Part shown: positions 38,699 to 49,242 of the stretch, piece after piece
Layout of the letters: each line of letters begins with the position of its first letter
Position numbering within the stretch: the stretch's first letter is position 1
From: Desulfurococcaceae archaeon
GTDB lineage: Archaea > Thermoproteota > Thermoprotei_A > Sulfolobales > Desulfurococcaceae
NCBI GenBank assembly: GCA_038816475.1
Contig: JAWBAI010000003.1
Span: forward strand, 1 to 64,000
DNA: 64,000 nt
Direction: 5' to 3'
Made by a program: the position numbers and the translations under genes
Notes under the pieces: model-generated
Databases searched by the model: none
What the model saw: only the letters and a program-made list of their open reading frames with translations
Told to the model about the DNA's origin: nothing

Positions 38699-39253
38699 GT
38701 GAAGCGATTGAAGCTGGCAGTAGTTGTTGTTGACATGTTAAAGGAGTTTGTGTACGGACGCTTGAGGAGTCCCGAAGCTGAGAGCATTGTTCCAGCTATA
38801 AAGTCCATAATTAGTAAGGCTCGCGAGAAGAAGATTCCAATAGTATACTTAGCCGACAGGCACTTCTCTTTTGATCGCGAGATCTCGATATGGGGGCTTC
38901 ACGCATTACCCGAAAGTGAAGAATCCGAGATAATAGAGGAGCTTAAGCCGGAGAAAACGGACATAATCCTCTACAAGAGGTCCTATAGTGGATTCAGAGA
39001 TACAGGTTTAAGCTATGTTCTCCGCGATCTAGGTGTAGATACGCTCATACTAACCGGTATTCACACTCACATATGTGTTTTGCACACCGCAATAGATGCT
39101 TTCTACGAGAGATTCAACATGATCGTAGTAAGCGATGCTGTTGCAGCATTCAGTAGAGAAGATCACAACTACGCGTTGAAATACATGGAAAAAGTACTAG
39201 GCGCAAAGCTCTTGTCGACTCGGGAAGTTCTAGAACTACTGGATCAGCTATAA
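38699..39253 (+). CDS. Isochorismatase/nicotinamidase-family cysteine hydrolase
   Basis: VVDM, KRSYSGF and GIHTHICV (D-K-C triad). Confidence 0.9.
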   Translation: MKRLKLAVVVVDMLKEFVYGRLRSPEAESIVPAIKSIISKAREKKIPIVYLADRHFSFDREISIWGLHALPESEESEIIEELKPEKTDIILYKRSYSGFRDTGLSYVLRDLGVDTLILTGIHTHICVLHTAIDAFYERFNMIVVSDAVAAFSREDHNYALKYMEKVLGAKLLSTREVLELLDQL

Positions 39254-39254
39254 T

Positions 39255-40031
39255 TTAAGCTTGGCATTTTCTGCTCCAGTATCTCACGAACTCCTCTTCT
39301 ACAGGGTCTAATCGTGCTAGTACAACAATGCTATGCGGAGGTGGAGGATACTCATACTTAGCCAGCTCTCTCAAAGAAGCAGCGCAAACTTTCTCATCAA
39401 GCCATCCAAGTCTTGCAATACCAAGTGATACTCTATCATGTAGTTGATTTTTGTGGTCGAGCTCAAGTAGAATTTCAACGGCTTCAGGTATGCTCATGGC
39501 CCTCGATTCTTCGACTTTCAAATCAAGTAAAACAATAGTGTGTAGATTACGGGACAGGTTATCATATATAACCTCAACAGTACTGTGTGGTTTGAAGTGT
39601 TCTGGATACACAAGTGTTACGTGTTTTCCGAAGCGATAAGACTGAAGACCAAGTCTACTGTAAGCCATTGTTACAAAGGATATACCGTTGATCACCTTGA
39701 CTTCGATGCCACGTTTAAGAGCCTCAATGTAGATCGCGTCATGCGTTGTCGCAATGAAGGGATCACCTGGTACAGCTATTGCAACGTTCTTGAACCTGGC
39801 CTCCTCCAGTATTCTCTCAACAGCCGAACCTTCGAGGTCATGTCTTTTTGCATACACTAAAGTAGCCCTGGGATTAATTTCTCTAAGCTTGGCAAAGGGA
39901 TCTTCATAAATTGACGTGTATGTATCAACGTATATAACATCAACGCTCTTCAAAGCTTCTACAGCTTCACTCGTTAAATGCCTGAGAGCATACCCAAGGC
40001 CTACAAAGAACAACATCGTGATGCAACCCAA
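39255..40031 (-). CDS. dph5: Diphthine synthase
   Basis: FVGLG, DTYTS, GDPFIATTH, GLQSYRFGK, HTIVLLD and PPHS motifs. Confidence 0.94.
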   Translation of the reverse strand: MGCITMLFFVGLGYALRHLTSEAVEALKSVDVIYVDTYTSIYEDPFAKLREINPRATLVYAKRHDLEGSAVERILEEARFKNVAIAVPGDPFIATTHDAIYIEALKRGIEVKVINGISFVTMAYSRLGLQSYRFGKHVTLVYPEHFKPHSTVEVIYDNLSRNLHTIVLLDLKVEESRAMSIPEAVEILLELDHKNQLHDRVSLGIARLGWLDEKVCAASLRELAKYEYPPPPHSIVVLARLDPVEEEFVRYWSRKCQA

Positions 40032-40034
40032 GGT

Positions 40035-41393
40035 CTAGAAGTACCTAATTAGCTTAATTACGATGTACAGCAATAGCATAACGTGCACTATACATAAGAC
40101 TGCAACGAGGTAATGACTTACATCAGCCAAGATCGTAAAGAATTCTCTTACCGGTAGTATTGGCCTAAGGTATAGTGCTAAATTCACTATACTATACGGA
40201 CCACCCGAGTCTACAATGAACTTATCGGCTGGAATCCAGTTTTGATCTTCCGCGATGTAAATAGGGTAACCAACTACCATTGATGGGAAAGTTAAAGATA
40301 TTGATGTTAGGATTACTATGATGTTTGAAAAAATATAAACGCTAGCTATTTTCTTTAGAATTACTCGATTCTCGTTGTTCTCATTCTCGTTAGAGAATAC
40401 AATAGCTATTATTGAAGGAGCCATCCACAATATGTAAGGAACATTGTTTACTTTAGTAAAGATCAGAAATCCAGCTACAACGATATTCATATACTTTAGA
40501 AACTTAATGTAAGTAAAGTTCTTCTCTACAAACATTCTATAAGTAACCCAAGCTAGAAAAGCAGCGTACGTGAAAACCCATAGATCATAAACCCACAGAG
40601 GAATAACATCGGGATTAAAACCAGAAAGATAATACGGTACAGCCCATATGCTGAACTGAGGTAACCTCTTTGCGTGGAAGAAGAATGTTTTAGCTATGAA
40701 AGACCACGGATCTACCATGAGGAAGGGTATTACGAATACAGCTAGCGTAATTCCTGAAACACACAAGTACTTCGCTATTCCACGAATGTTTTTCTTCTTC
40801 ACTAGTTCTACGAAAGGAACTAGGAGAAGAACAACTAGAACCTGCTTGATCAGTGTAGCTAAGGATATCCACAAGGCGTAGACTTCGTAATTTTTCTTTT
40901 CTAGAGATAGAATAGCTAGTAGAATGAATAGCACAATTATTAAGTCGAACTGATAGCCCATTATAACGGAGTAGGACACGAATGTGATTAACCATAAATA
41001 GCCAGCAGGCTTACCGTATCTCTTAACCAAAAGAAAGTACACTAAGTTAAACGATACAAGAAGCGGGATCTTATCAATTAATCGCCATACGAATATATCG
41101 TTTGATAGTGTTACAGCTAAGGTGTGAAATAGCGTGAATATAATAACAGCCAGTGGAAAATACGCTACTTTCTCTTCCGGGGGTCCCGTATACACTTCCA
41201 GTAGTCGTCCTTGCGAAAAGTACTTGTCATACCACATAATAAAGTACCTAACGTCATAGGGGTTCCAATGTGATACAGATAAGTATAGTGAAACAGCATT
41301 CGCTAGTATAATAGGCCAATTACGTCTGAGTACATCGATAATCTTACCAGCTAGTTTAACAATAGCTACTACCTTGACGTAGATGATCAACAC
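40035..41393 (-). CDS. Polytopic membrane protein, GT-C (GT87/DUF2029-like) glycosyltransferase-like
   Basis: About 10 hydrophobic segments; D in the first loop, YFPL, GYQFD, IKQ, IPF and KVNNVPYILW motifs. Confidence 0.65.
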   Translation of the reverse strand: MLIIYVKVVAIVKLAGKIIDVLRRNWPIILANAVSLYLSVSHWNPYDVRYFIMWYDKYFSQGRLLEVYTGPPEEKVAYFPLAVIIFTLFHTLAVTLSNDIFVWRLIDKIPLLVSFNLVYFLLVKRYGKPAGYLWLITFVSYSVIMGYQFDLIIVLFILLAILSLEKKNYEVYALWISLATLIKQVLVVLLLVPFVELVKKKNIRGIAKYLCVSGITLAVFVIPFLMVDPWSFIAKTFFFHAKRLPQFSIWAVPYYLSGFNPDVIPLWVYDLWVFTYAAFLAWVTYRMFVEKNFTYIKFLKYMNIVVAGFLIFTKVNNVPYILWMAPSIIAIVFSNENENNENRVILKKIASVYIFSNIIVILTSISLTFPSMVVGYPIYIAEDQNWIPADKFIVDSGGPYSIVNLALYLRPILPVREFFTILADVSHYLVAVLCIVHVMLLLYIVIKLIRYF

Positions 41394-41478
41394 CCTTGTT
41401 GAAAATGTTTCACTTGTTTGGTCTAAACCTTGATCGAGACACCGAACTTATGTATCAATATAAACGAGAAAATAAATC

Positions 41479-42282
41479 TTGAGTACGGCAGGAGAGAGCT
41501 TGAGACCTGTTTACGTTAAGCTAGGAGGTAGTCTGGTTACCGTCAAAGGTAAGCCGGTGTCTATAAACTACAAAGCACTAGAATCTATAGCATATATACT
41601 TAGGAAAGCTAGCGATTCCGGTGTAAGGTTAATTGTGGGGAATGGTGGTGGAAGCTTCGCACATTACGTTGTTCTCAAACATGGAAGCATCAGTTACAGG
41701 GATCTCACCGTGCTCTGTCAAAGGTCCACTAGGATTTTAAATCACATTATAGTGGATTTCCTACTAGAAAACGGTATAAAAGCTACAAGTGTTCAAACAA
41801 GCGCCATTGTATACTACGATAATTCAACGCGGAGTCTAAGAGTGTGTGCGGAACCCGTTAAACAGTTCTTGGCAAACGATATAGTACCAGTAGTATACGG
41901 TGAGTGCATTATAGGAGCAGGCAATGTCATAGTTGTTTCAACTGAGCGGATCTTCGAGCTACTAGCAAGGGAGATTTCACCGCGTCGAATAGTTCTATTA
42001 ACGGATGTCAACGGCGTATATACGTGTGACCCGAAGAAGTGCAAGGATGCTTCCTTAATAAAGAGAATAACCCGAGACACCTTCGAGGAGGTTTTACTTC
42101 TTTTAAAACAAGGTGCTATGGATGATGCTACGGGAAGCATGTTTGGGAAGGTTCAAGTAGCCGGTAAATTGGCATTCGAGCTGGGGGTAGAAGTTGTGAT
42201 AACATCCGGTTTAAACACAAAATCAGCCTTGGAAGCGATCACAGGAGGTTATCCAGAGGAAGCAACATTAATAGCTCCCTGA
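41479..42282 (+). CDS. Isopentenyl phosphate kinase
   Basis: VKLGGSLVT, GGGSFAH, TDVNGVY and DATGSMFGK motifs. Confidence 0.85.
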   Translation: MSTAGESLRPVYVKLGGSLVTVKGKPVSINYKALESIAYILRKASDSGVRLIVGNGGGSFAHYVVLKHGSISYRDLTVLCQRSTRILNHIIVDFLLENGIKATSVQTSAIVYYDNSTRSLRVCAEPVKQFLANDIVPVVYGECIIGAGNVIVVSTERIFELLAREISPRRIVLLTDVNGVYTCDPKKCKDASLIKRITRDTFEEVLLLLKQGAMDDATGSMFGKVQVAGKLAFELGVEVVITSGLNTKSALEAITGGYPEEATLIAP

Positions 42283-42289
42283 TGATCAG

Positions 42290-42706
42290 CTATACAAAGT
42301 ACACGGTTACAGAGTCTTTTCCCTCCCTATCGATGTACACGTTCTTGCGTCCAGGAACTAGAAGCGCTACAATGTTTTCTCCTACAATGGCGTAGTCTAT
42401 CAAAAAACGCCCGGATGGTACAATACTGATAAAATCGCCGACTGAGGTAACGATGCGCTTGATCTGTGCTAAGGTGCTGGATAATTCATCTTGTGCGTTC
42501 TCCGTGCACTTTACACCTCTGTTGTTCTCGAGCTGGATGTAAACGACCTTCTTTTTACCACCACGAATGCCGTGAACACTGGCTTCTCCTGATCCCTTGA
42601 CAATCACAACTCTTTCTCTTATTTCAACGTTGAAGTTAAGCCCTTTTAAGTGTATGGAGTCGGTGGTAAAGGCTACCTCGATGCATTCATCCTTGTATAG
42701 CAACAA
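42290..42706 (-). CDS. Hypothetical protein
   Basis: 138-aa beta-rich ORF. Confidence 0.6.
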   Translation of the reverse strand: MLLYKDECIEVAFTTDSIHLKGLNFNVEIRERVVIVKGSGEASVHGIRGGKKKVVYIQLENNRGVKCTENAQDELSSTLAQIKRIVTSVGDFISIVPSGRFLIDYAIVGENIVALLVPGRKNVYIDREGKDSVTVYFV

Positions 42707-42802
42707 GCTTCTCTTCAGGTTGGAGCACCTTCTCCATCTTATTTAAGCCTTTTAATACATTTAAACCAAGCCTGGATAACTAGCCTACAATGGTGTTTAA
42801 CT

Positions 42803-43030
42803 ATGGTGAAGAGCAAGACAGAGCTGCTAAGAAGAGAACTCGAGAAGCTGGGGTTCGAACTGTTGGATATTTACAGTTTCAAGGAATCAGACCTCGTAAG
42901 GGTTAGACATAAACATAGTTCAAGCGTTGTTGTATACGAGACTAAGAAGAAGGTAAGCAGCCTAGTAAGCGTAGATGACGCTAGAGCCTTAGCCTTGGAG
43001 ATCGCTAAAAAAGCAGGTGTTGCAAAGTAA
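42803..43030 (+). CDS. Hypothetical protein
   Basis: 75-aa ORF with GGTG RBS and ATG start. Confidence 0.7.
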   Translation: MVKSKTELLRRELEKLGFELLDIYSFKESDLVRVRHKHSSSVVVYETKKKVSSLVSVDDARALALEIAKKAGVAK

Positions 43031-43097
43031 TAGCGCACTCATGCTCCAATGCGAATGCAGATCTATTAAGCTCAACCGAAGAAACGTCTTATCTTCG

Positions 43098-44543
43098 TTA
43101 GCGCCTTATTCTCATCCACGTTGTTTCAAGCCCTTTATCCATAAGCTGTATTCCTAGTTTGCTTAGCTCGCTTCTAATGGTATCCGAGAGGTCGTAAATA
43201 CCTCTTCTACGTAGCTCTTTTCTCACGCTTACAACAATGTTTATAAGTTCGTTCACCAGCTGGTCGCTTTCTGTAACGGTTTCTTCGAATGCGGCGAACA
43301 CGTGATTGAAAGCTCTAAGAGTCTTCATTGCTAAAGCTAGTAGCATATACCTAGGTTTATACTGCAGTTCTCTGAAGATAAAGCTTAGTAAATCGTTTAC
43401 TGCGGCGATCGCTTGCGGTGTATTGAAATCGTCGCTGAGAGCTTCGTGGAATCTTCGGTGCAGAAACAACAGGTACCTAGCGTTGTTTAAATCAACATCG
43501 TTTAGGTAGTGTGGTTCAGGTGCTTCCTCCTGAAGCTTTTTCAGTAGCTCGTACGCCGTAACTACTCTTTCACGTAGCTTCTCAGCCTGTTCGAGGCTTT
43601 CCTCGGAAAACTGCAGTGGTTTTCTGTAATGTAGATGAAGATACCATATTCTTATTGATCCAGGGTTCCATTTTTTGATGGCTTCTTTCAATGGTATTAT
43701 ATTGCCTAAGCTTTTGCTCATCTTATCAGCACCCACGGTTACAAGTCCTGTGTGCATCCATATCGATACCCATGGCTTTACACCGAACAACGCTTCGCTT
43801 TGAGCACGCTCGTTTTCATGGTGCGGAAATATCAAGTCAGTGCCTCCTCCATGAATATCGAAGCGTTCTCCCAGGTACCTAGAGCTCATTACGCTGCATT
43901 CTATGTGCCACCCTGGTCTTCCCTTACCCCACGGGCTCTCCCAGTAGGGTTCACCTGGTTTTGCTGCTTTCCACAGTGCGAAGTCGTAGGGTTTCTTCTT
44001 TTCACTGAGAAACTCTGGTTCTTGATTCCAGAGTTCTTTTTCGAGCCTTCCTGAGAGCCTTCCATAGTCCTCGTACTTATCAACATCAAAGTACACGCTT
44101 CCACTTGGTGCTACGTACGCATAGCCTTTGTCTATTAGGAGTTGTATGAACTCCACTATTTCCTTTATATGATTAGTAACTCTCGGATGATGATCAACTG
44201 TTACTCTCAAGGCATTCAAAGCTTGGAAGTAATCCTTTGTGAACTCCTCTGCGATATCCCTCCAGTCTCTTTTTTCGCTGTGAGCTTTCTTGATTATTTT
44301 ATCATCTATATCTGTTATGTTCATTACGTGTACGACGTTATAGCCTATTAGCGCTAAGTATCTTTTAAGTGCATCGTACACTACGTATGTTCTTCCATGT
44401 CCTATATGCGTGTAATCGTATACGGTTGGACCGCACACGTATATCTTTACAAAGCCTGGTTCTACAGGCTTAAGCTCTTTTTCTTTCTTTTCTAGAGTAT
44501 CGTACAGTCTTATAGTGAATTCCTGGGACACAATACTGATCAA
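43098..44543 (-). CDS. cysS: Cysteinyl-tRNA synthetase
   Basis: [34 protein letters not shown] and KMSKS motifs. Confidence 0.97.
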   Translation of the reverse strand: MISIVSQEFTIRLYDTLEKKEKELKPVEPGFVKIYVCGPTVYDYTHIGHGRTYVVYDALKRYLALIGYNVVHVMNITDIDDKIIKKAHSEKRDWRDIAEEFTKDYFQALNALRVTVDHHPRVTNHIKEIVEFIQLLIDKGYAYVAPSGSVYFDVDKYEDYGRLSGRLEKELWNQEPEFLSEKKKPYDFALWKAAKPGEPYWESPWGKGRPGWHIECSVMSSRYLGERFDIHGGGTDLIFPHHENERAQSEALFGVKPWVSIWMHTGLVTVGADKMSKSLGNIIPLKEAIKKWNPGSIRIWYLHLHYRKPLQFSEESLEQAEKLRERVVTAYELLKKLQEEAPEPHYLNDVDLNNARYLLFLHRRFHEALSDDFNTPQAIAAVNDLLSFIFRELQYKPRYMLLALAMKTLRAFNHVFAAFEETVTESDQLVNELINIVVSVRKELRRRGIYDLSDTIRSELSKLGIQLMDKGLETTWMRIRR

Positions 44544-45316
44544 CCCTTGTAGAATCTAGCAAATACCTCCATTAAAACTTTTCCAAGCTTTAGAAAGGTT
44601 TCCGAGAGTTCTTCCGTTGTTAAAAACACCTTCTGTGCTTCTTCGCTGTGGAGAACATCGCTAATTACGAGCACACACGCGGTTTGGAAACCCCGCATCC
44701 ATCCAAGTGTGAATAGTACAGCAGCCTCCATCTCAACTGCTACTATACCGTAGTGGCTTAGCTTTTCCGCGAAATCTGGTGATTCAGCGTAGAAAGCATC
44801 GCTGGAGAAAACCGGTCCATACTTATACTCCATGTTGTACTCATCAAGGACCTGAATAATACGGCTTGTTAAGAGAGGATCAGCGCCGGTAGCTCCGCAG
44901 TAACCCGGCATGTACTGTCCAATAGCGCAACCACCGGATACATAAGCAGCCGAGGTTGCTACAACAATATCGCCTATTCTAGTATCCTTCCGGATCCCAC
45001 CAGCTGTTCCAAGTCTTACTATTCTCTTTGCACCGAGTTGTGCTAGTTCCTCGAACACTATAGCTGCACTTGGAGCACCAATACCGTGTGTTGCAATGGT
45101 CACCTTTGTACCTTTGTAGTACCCTGTTGTAACCAGTAATCCACGATGAGTGTTCACTACACGGGCGTCCTCGAGTAGCTGTTTAAGAAGCTCTACTCTG
45201 TAGGGGTCTCCCCCAGCGATCACATTACCAGCTATGTCTTCCTTTGAAGCCTTAATATGTACAGGCACACCGATCAACCGCGAACAGCAGATTTCAACTC
45301 GTTGTGAGTGGATCAA
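44540..45316 (-). CDS. deoD: Purine nucleoside phosphorylase (DeoD / MTAP-I type); start probably GTG 45268
   Basis: GDPYR, HGIGAPS, RLGTAG, SSDAFY, VEMEAA and ISD motifs. Confidence 0.9.
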   Translation of the reverse strand: MIHSQRVEICCSRLIGVPVHIKASKEDIAGNVIAGGDPYRVELLKQLLEDARVVNTHRGLLVTTGYYKGTKVTIATHGIGAPSAAIVFEELAQLGAKRIVRLGTAGGIRKDTRIGDIVVATSAAYVSGGCAIGQYMPGYCGATGADPLLTSRIIQVLDEYNMEYKYGPVFSSDAFYAESPDFAEKLSHYGIVAVEMEAAVLFTLGWMRGFQTACVLVISDVLHSEEAQKVFLTTEELSETFLKLGKVLMEVFARFYKG

Positions 45317-45436
45317 TCTTCTTAATTAAATACCTGTTTTATAACGTTCTTGCATTGAGAGAAGATTTCGGAGATAATTTTAACTTGGGTTTTCCAGAGT
45401 TAATTATTGGGCTGAGGTAAGAACACCATTAAGGGG

Positions 45437-45931
45437 TTGCATGTGGAGGTAAGATTACTGAAGATTCCCGTCAGAATTCCGGAGAAAGCCAACGTGATCA
45501 TAGGTAGAAGCCACTTCATAAAAACCGTAGAGGACATCTACGAAACCCTGGTTACAAGTGTTCCCGGCATAAAGTTCGGCCTAGCCTTCAACGAGGCAAG
45601 TGGAAAAAGACTTGTAAGATACGAAGGCAACGATGAAGAACTAGTGAAGGCAGCGATAGAAACTGCTCTGAATATAGGAGCAGGTCATACATTCGTTCTA
45701 TTCATTAGAAACGCGTATCCCATAAACATTCTAAACCAGTTGAAGAACGTGCACGAAGTTGTATCACTGTACGTTGCTACAGGTAATCCTATTGAAGTTA
45801 TAGTTGCTGAAACCGAACAGGGGAGAACGATATTAGGCGTGGTAGATGGGTACCCACCGCTGGGTGTTGAAACTGAGGAAGATAAGGTAGAAAGAAGAGA
45901 ATTTCTGAGAAAAATAGGTTACAAGAAGTAA
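45437..45931 (+). CDS. DUF355 adenosine-specific kinase family protein
   Basis: [25 protein letters not shown] and GVVDG motifs. Confidence 0.9.
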   Translation: MHVEVRLLKIPVRIPEKANVIIGRSHFIKTVEDIYETLVTSVPGIKFGLAFNEASGKRLVRYEGNDEELVKAAIETALNIGAGHTFVLFIRNAYPINILNQLKNVHEVVSLYVATGNPIEVIVAETEQGRTILGVVDGYPPLGVETEEDKVERREFLRKIGYKK

Positions 45932-45970
45932 AAATGCCTCGTTCTCACAAGAACGTACTATAGAGTAAAC

Positions 45971-46267
45971 CTAGTCTGCTGACTCGCTTAGAATCTTAGT
46001 GACATACCCAATGGCTGTATCTTCCATTATTTTTACTATTTTAACTCTTACTCTAGAACCACTGGTTGCATTGGGTATAATTATTTTTACTCCTTTATAG
46101 TTGACTAGTCCTCTACCTTTATCATCAATATCGTAGATGTTAACCGTTATCTCTTCTCCTACTCTTAAACTAGGTGTTTCTCTCGTGTTTATCTGCGGAT
46201 ATATGCTCAGTCTTCTAATATCGCTTGTATATGGATTCCAGTGTTGCTTTCTTGTAGACCTAGACAA
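45971..46267 (-). CDS. TRAM-domain RNA-binding protein
   Basis: VGEEITVNIYDIDDKGRG...IIIPNATSGSRVRVKI. Confidence 0.85.
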   Translation of the reverse strand: MSRSTRKQHWNPYTSDIRRLSIYPQINTRETPSLRVGEEITVNIYDIDDKGRGLVNYKGVKIIIPNATSGSRVRVKIVKIMEDTAIGYVTKILSESAD

Positions 46268-46340
46268 CTTTGTACACAGCCTCGGCAGACACGCAATTCA
46301 CTTAAGATTAAAGCTTCTTAAATATTTTCAGGGTGTTAAC

Positions 46341-46922
46341 TTGGCGATCGACTTCTTAAGGCACATAGTAAACCCGGTAATAAACAACTACGTAGGTAAA
46401 GGCTTAGCACCTAAAACAGCGAACGAGCTAAAGAAGATCATTGCGAGTTTAGAGAACAAGTATAAGTTCGACGCTTTTTCAGGGGATCCAGCAAACTTGC
46501 TACTATTCTTTGAATCGCAGGATTTCGAGCAGTTGGTAAGCATCTTTAGGTCGTTCAATGCAGAGCACGTGCTTATTGAAATACTGGAGAAAACAAAGGA
46601 GGCGTACAGGGATATTCCCCGGCTCTCGGAAACCGTGGAGTTGATACTGAAGAAACTTGCTGTAGCCAAGAAAGAACAGGTCGATGAGCTTGTGAGTCTC
46701 AGTGATATTGTGAGGATCATTGAGAAGCATGTACCTGCTACGCGGGTTAACTCGGAGAAGAGCACTATTACCGTGACATTGAACAACGCTACTGAAGCTA
46801 AGATACATGTACTTAAAAACAGCATTAAACTCGAATTTAAAATAAGAACGCTGAAGAAAAACGAGTTGAAAATCCACCTTGAAAAGGCGAAGTTTCTTGT
46901 GGAGAAAATTAGTAGTATTTGA
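46341..46922 (+). CDS. Hypothetical protein
   Basis: Start moved to TTG 46341 (GGGTG RBS) to avoid overlap with the TRAM gene. Confidence 0.65.
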   Translation: MAIDFLRHIVNPVINNYVGKGLAPKTANELKKIIASLENKYKFDAFSGDPANLLLFFESQDFEQLVSIFRSFNAEHVLIEILEKTKEAYRDIPRLSETVELILKKLAVAKKEQVDELVSLSDIVRIIEKHVPATRVNSEKSTITVTLNNATEAKIHVLKNSIKLEFKIRTLKKNELKIHLEKAKFLVEKISSI

Positions 46923-47541
46923 TTGTGATGGTGTTCTAACGGAGAGTAGAAGTAGTTGGGAGGTTTTGCACGAATACTTTGGAAGCGGGGATAACAAGTA
47001 CTTCGCGGAACTCTACAAGCGTGGAATGATAACTTACTTGGATTGGATGAAGATAGACATAGCTTTGATGATAAATAGTTGGAAGAAACCGATACTGAAA
47101 GAGGACGTTGTTAGAGCGCTTTCCAGTATCAAGTTAAAGCCCTCATCGATTAAAGTAGTGAACGAACTGAGAAAAAGAGGTGTTCTACTGGCAGTTGTTA
47201 GTAGTGGCGTCGATATTCTGGTTAAACGAGTCTGTGAACACCTCGGCATAGACTTATGTTTTTACAACGAGCTCATGTTCGTAGATAACGAGCTGTTACC
47301 TGGAGGGGTAGACAGAGTGCCACTTAAAGAAAAACCGAAGATCATAGAGAAATTAGCTGTAGAGAGCGGAGTAGATCTCACCAACACAGTGTATGTAGGA
47401 GATAGCGAATGGGACATTGAGGTATTCAAGATCGTGGGTCTTCCTGTAGCGGTGGAACCATGTGGTAAAGCGTGTCAGTACGCGAAATACGTGATCAGGG
47501 ACCTGGAGGAGCTGCTTAATATCCCAGAACTTCAAGAATGA
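46879..47541 (+). CDS. HAD-IB phosphoserine phosphatase-like hydrolase
   Basis: FDCDGVL, VSSG, K and GDSEWD motifs. Confidence 0.88.
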   Translation: MKRRSFLWRKLVVFDCDGVLTESRSSWEVLHEYFGSGDNKYFAELYKRGMITYLDWMKIDIALMINSWKKPILKEDVVRALSSIKLKPSSIKVVNELRKRGVLLAVVSSGVDILVKRVCEHLGIDLCFYNELMFVDNELLPGGVDRVPLKEKPKIIEKLAVESGVDLTNTVYVGDSEWDIEVFKIVGLPVAVEPCGKACQYAKYVIRDLEELLNIPELQE

Positions 47542-47607
47542 AAACGAAAATCGAGTAATACTTACTAGCGTAATAGGGGCTTTTCAGAGAAAAACAATGG
47601 GGTCCCG

Positions 47608-48741
47608 TTGATCGACTGGTTTATTACACTATTACACGTACGACCGGATGCTATTACAGTATGGAATGACCCCGAGGTCAAGCAGAGACTTTCTCACTAT
47701 TACCGAGTTATGAAAAATGAAATTCCAGCAAAGTTCCTAGTTATAAAGAGAGTAGGCGTAGATGTTAATCCTTACTCGCAGGATCTAACGTTGGAAGAAC
47801 TATGGAGTATACACAACAAGGCTTCAACAGAGTTCAGAAGTATCTATAAGGACGTTGTTGAGCATGCTGAAGACATAAGCAAGTACGAAGAACCAAAATA
47901 CAGCTATTTGGATGTTAAAGTATCAATAGCGTACAGGCTCTATAGCCCATGTAGACTTTGTGAAAGAAAATGTGGTGCTCTTAGAAGCGAGGGAAAACCG
48001 GGTGTTTGTCTGGTTGATAAAGAAGCCATAGTGCACAGCTATTTTCATCACATGGGTGAAGAAGCACCACTTGTACCCAGTGGCACGATCTTCTACGGTG
48101 GTTGCAACTTCAAATGCGTCTTCTGCCAAAACTACGACATAAGCCAGGTAAATGCTAGAAACGGTGATAGAGTTTCACCCAGAGAACTAGCATCAATACA
48201 GGCATACCTAAGAAGAAGCGGAGCTCGCAATATAAACCATGTTGGAGGTGAACCAACGCCCCACTTGCCATTCATACTGGAAAGCCTCAAGTACCTAGAT
48301 GTAAACGTTCCTCAACTATGGAATAGCAATATGTACATGACTCTTGAGTCCACCAACCTACTGGTAGATGTAATAGACATCTGGCTACCCGATCTCAAGT
48401 ACGGAAATAACGAGTGTGCCTGGAGGTTAAGTAAGGTTAGAAACTACTGGGAGATAACAACACGTAACATAAAAATAGCACATGATACAGGTGATATAAT
48501 AATCAGGCATCTGGTTCTTCCCAACCATATTGAGTGCTGTACAAGAACAGCCTTAGAGTGGATAGCGAAGAACGCTCCAAGAGCATTAGTTAATGTGATG
48601 GAGCAGTATAGACCAGAGCACATAGTTGCTAAGTACCCTAAGCTATACCCCGATATTGCTCGAAGACCTAAGCGCGAGGAGATATACGTGGCGTACAAAA
48701 TAGCGGAAGAGCTGGGGTTGGTTTACAAACCGGTATCATAA
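47608..48741 (+). CDS. Radical SAM protein (PflX-like)
   Basis: CRLCERKC, GEEAPLVPSGTIF, CNFKCVFC, GGEPTP and RHLVLPNH motifs. Confidence 0.9.
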   Translation: MIDWFITLLHVRPDAITVWNDPEVKQRLSHYYRVMKNEIPAKFLVIKRVGVDVNPYSQDLTLEELWSIHNKASTEFRSIYKDVVEHAEDISKYEEPKYSYLDVKVSIAYRLYSPCRLCERKCGALRSEGKPGVCLVDKEAIVHSYFHHMGEEAPLVPSGTIFYGGCNFKCVFCQNYDISQVNARNGDRVSPRELASIQAYLRRSGARNINHVGGEPTPHLPFILESLKYLDVNVPQLWNSNMYMTLESTNLLVDVIDIWLPDLKYGNNECAWRLSKVRNYWEITTRNIKIAHDTGDIIIRHLVLPNHIECCTRTALEWIAKNAPRALVNVMEQYRPEHIVAKYPKLYPDIARRPKREEIYVAYKIAEELGLVYKPVS

Positions 48742-48745
48742 TCTG

Positions 48746-49108
48746 GTGTTTGATCACATGTTGAGTGGGAATTTCAGCAATGAGGATGTCGAAGAGTACT
48801 ACTTCGACGATTACTACAGGGTCGTTGTAGTTAGAGACGAGCAAGATCACATTGTATCCGTAGATGTTTACAGACCTACGTGGAAATATGACTCTTACGA
48901 GTCCATTTGCGTTGAGAACGTGTGCCTATTAATGAGTGTACTAAGAAATCCGGAGATCTCAGCTATCCACGGAGTTAAGAAAATCATTGTAATAGGAGTC
49001 AAAGTAAACGAAAAAGTGGAAACTGTGAACGTCAAGTGGATAGTTGATCACAAGCCCTCGCGAAGCGAAGTAGAGGCGATGTATAGGGAATCATGGAGAC
49101 TAGTTTAG
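48746..49108 (+). CDS. Hypothetical protein
   Basis: 120-aa ORF directly after the radical SAM gene. Confidence 0.6.
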   Translation: MFDHMLSGNFSNEDVEEYYFDDYYRVVVVRDEQDHIVSVDVYRPTWKYDSYESICVENVCLLMSVLRNPEISAIHGVKKIIVIGVKVNEKVETVNVKWIVDHKPSRSEVEAMYRESWRLV

Positions 49109-49242
49109 CTATAGAGAGAGGCTAGTGGAAAACGACCCAACCTCAATTGACCAACACTTTAGCCTGCACAACTGCTAAAGGCAACATGGAGCATAGACAA
49201 CCTATACATATTAATAATGGAGAATAGCATAAAAGCATAGGA

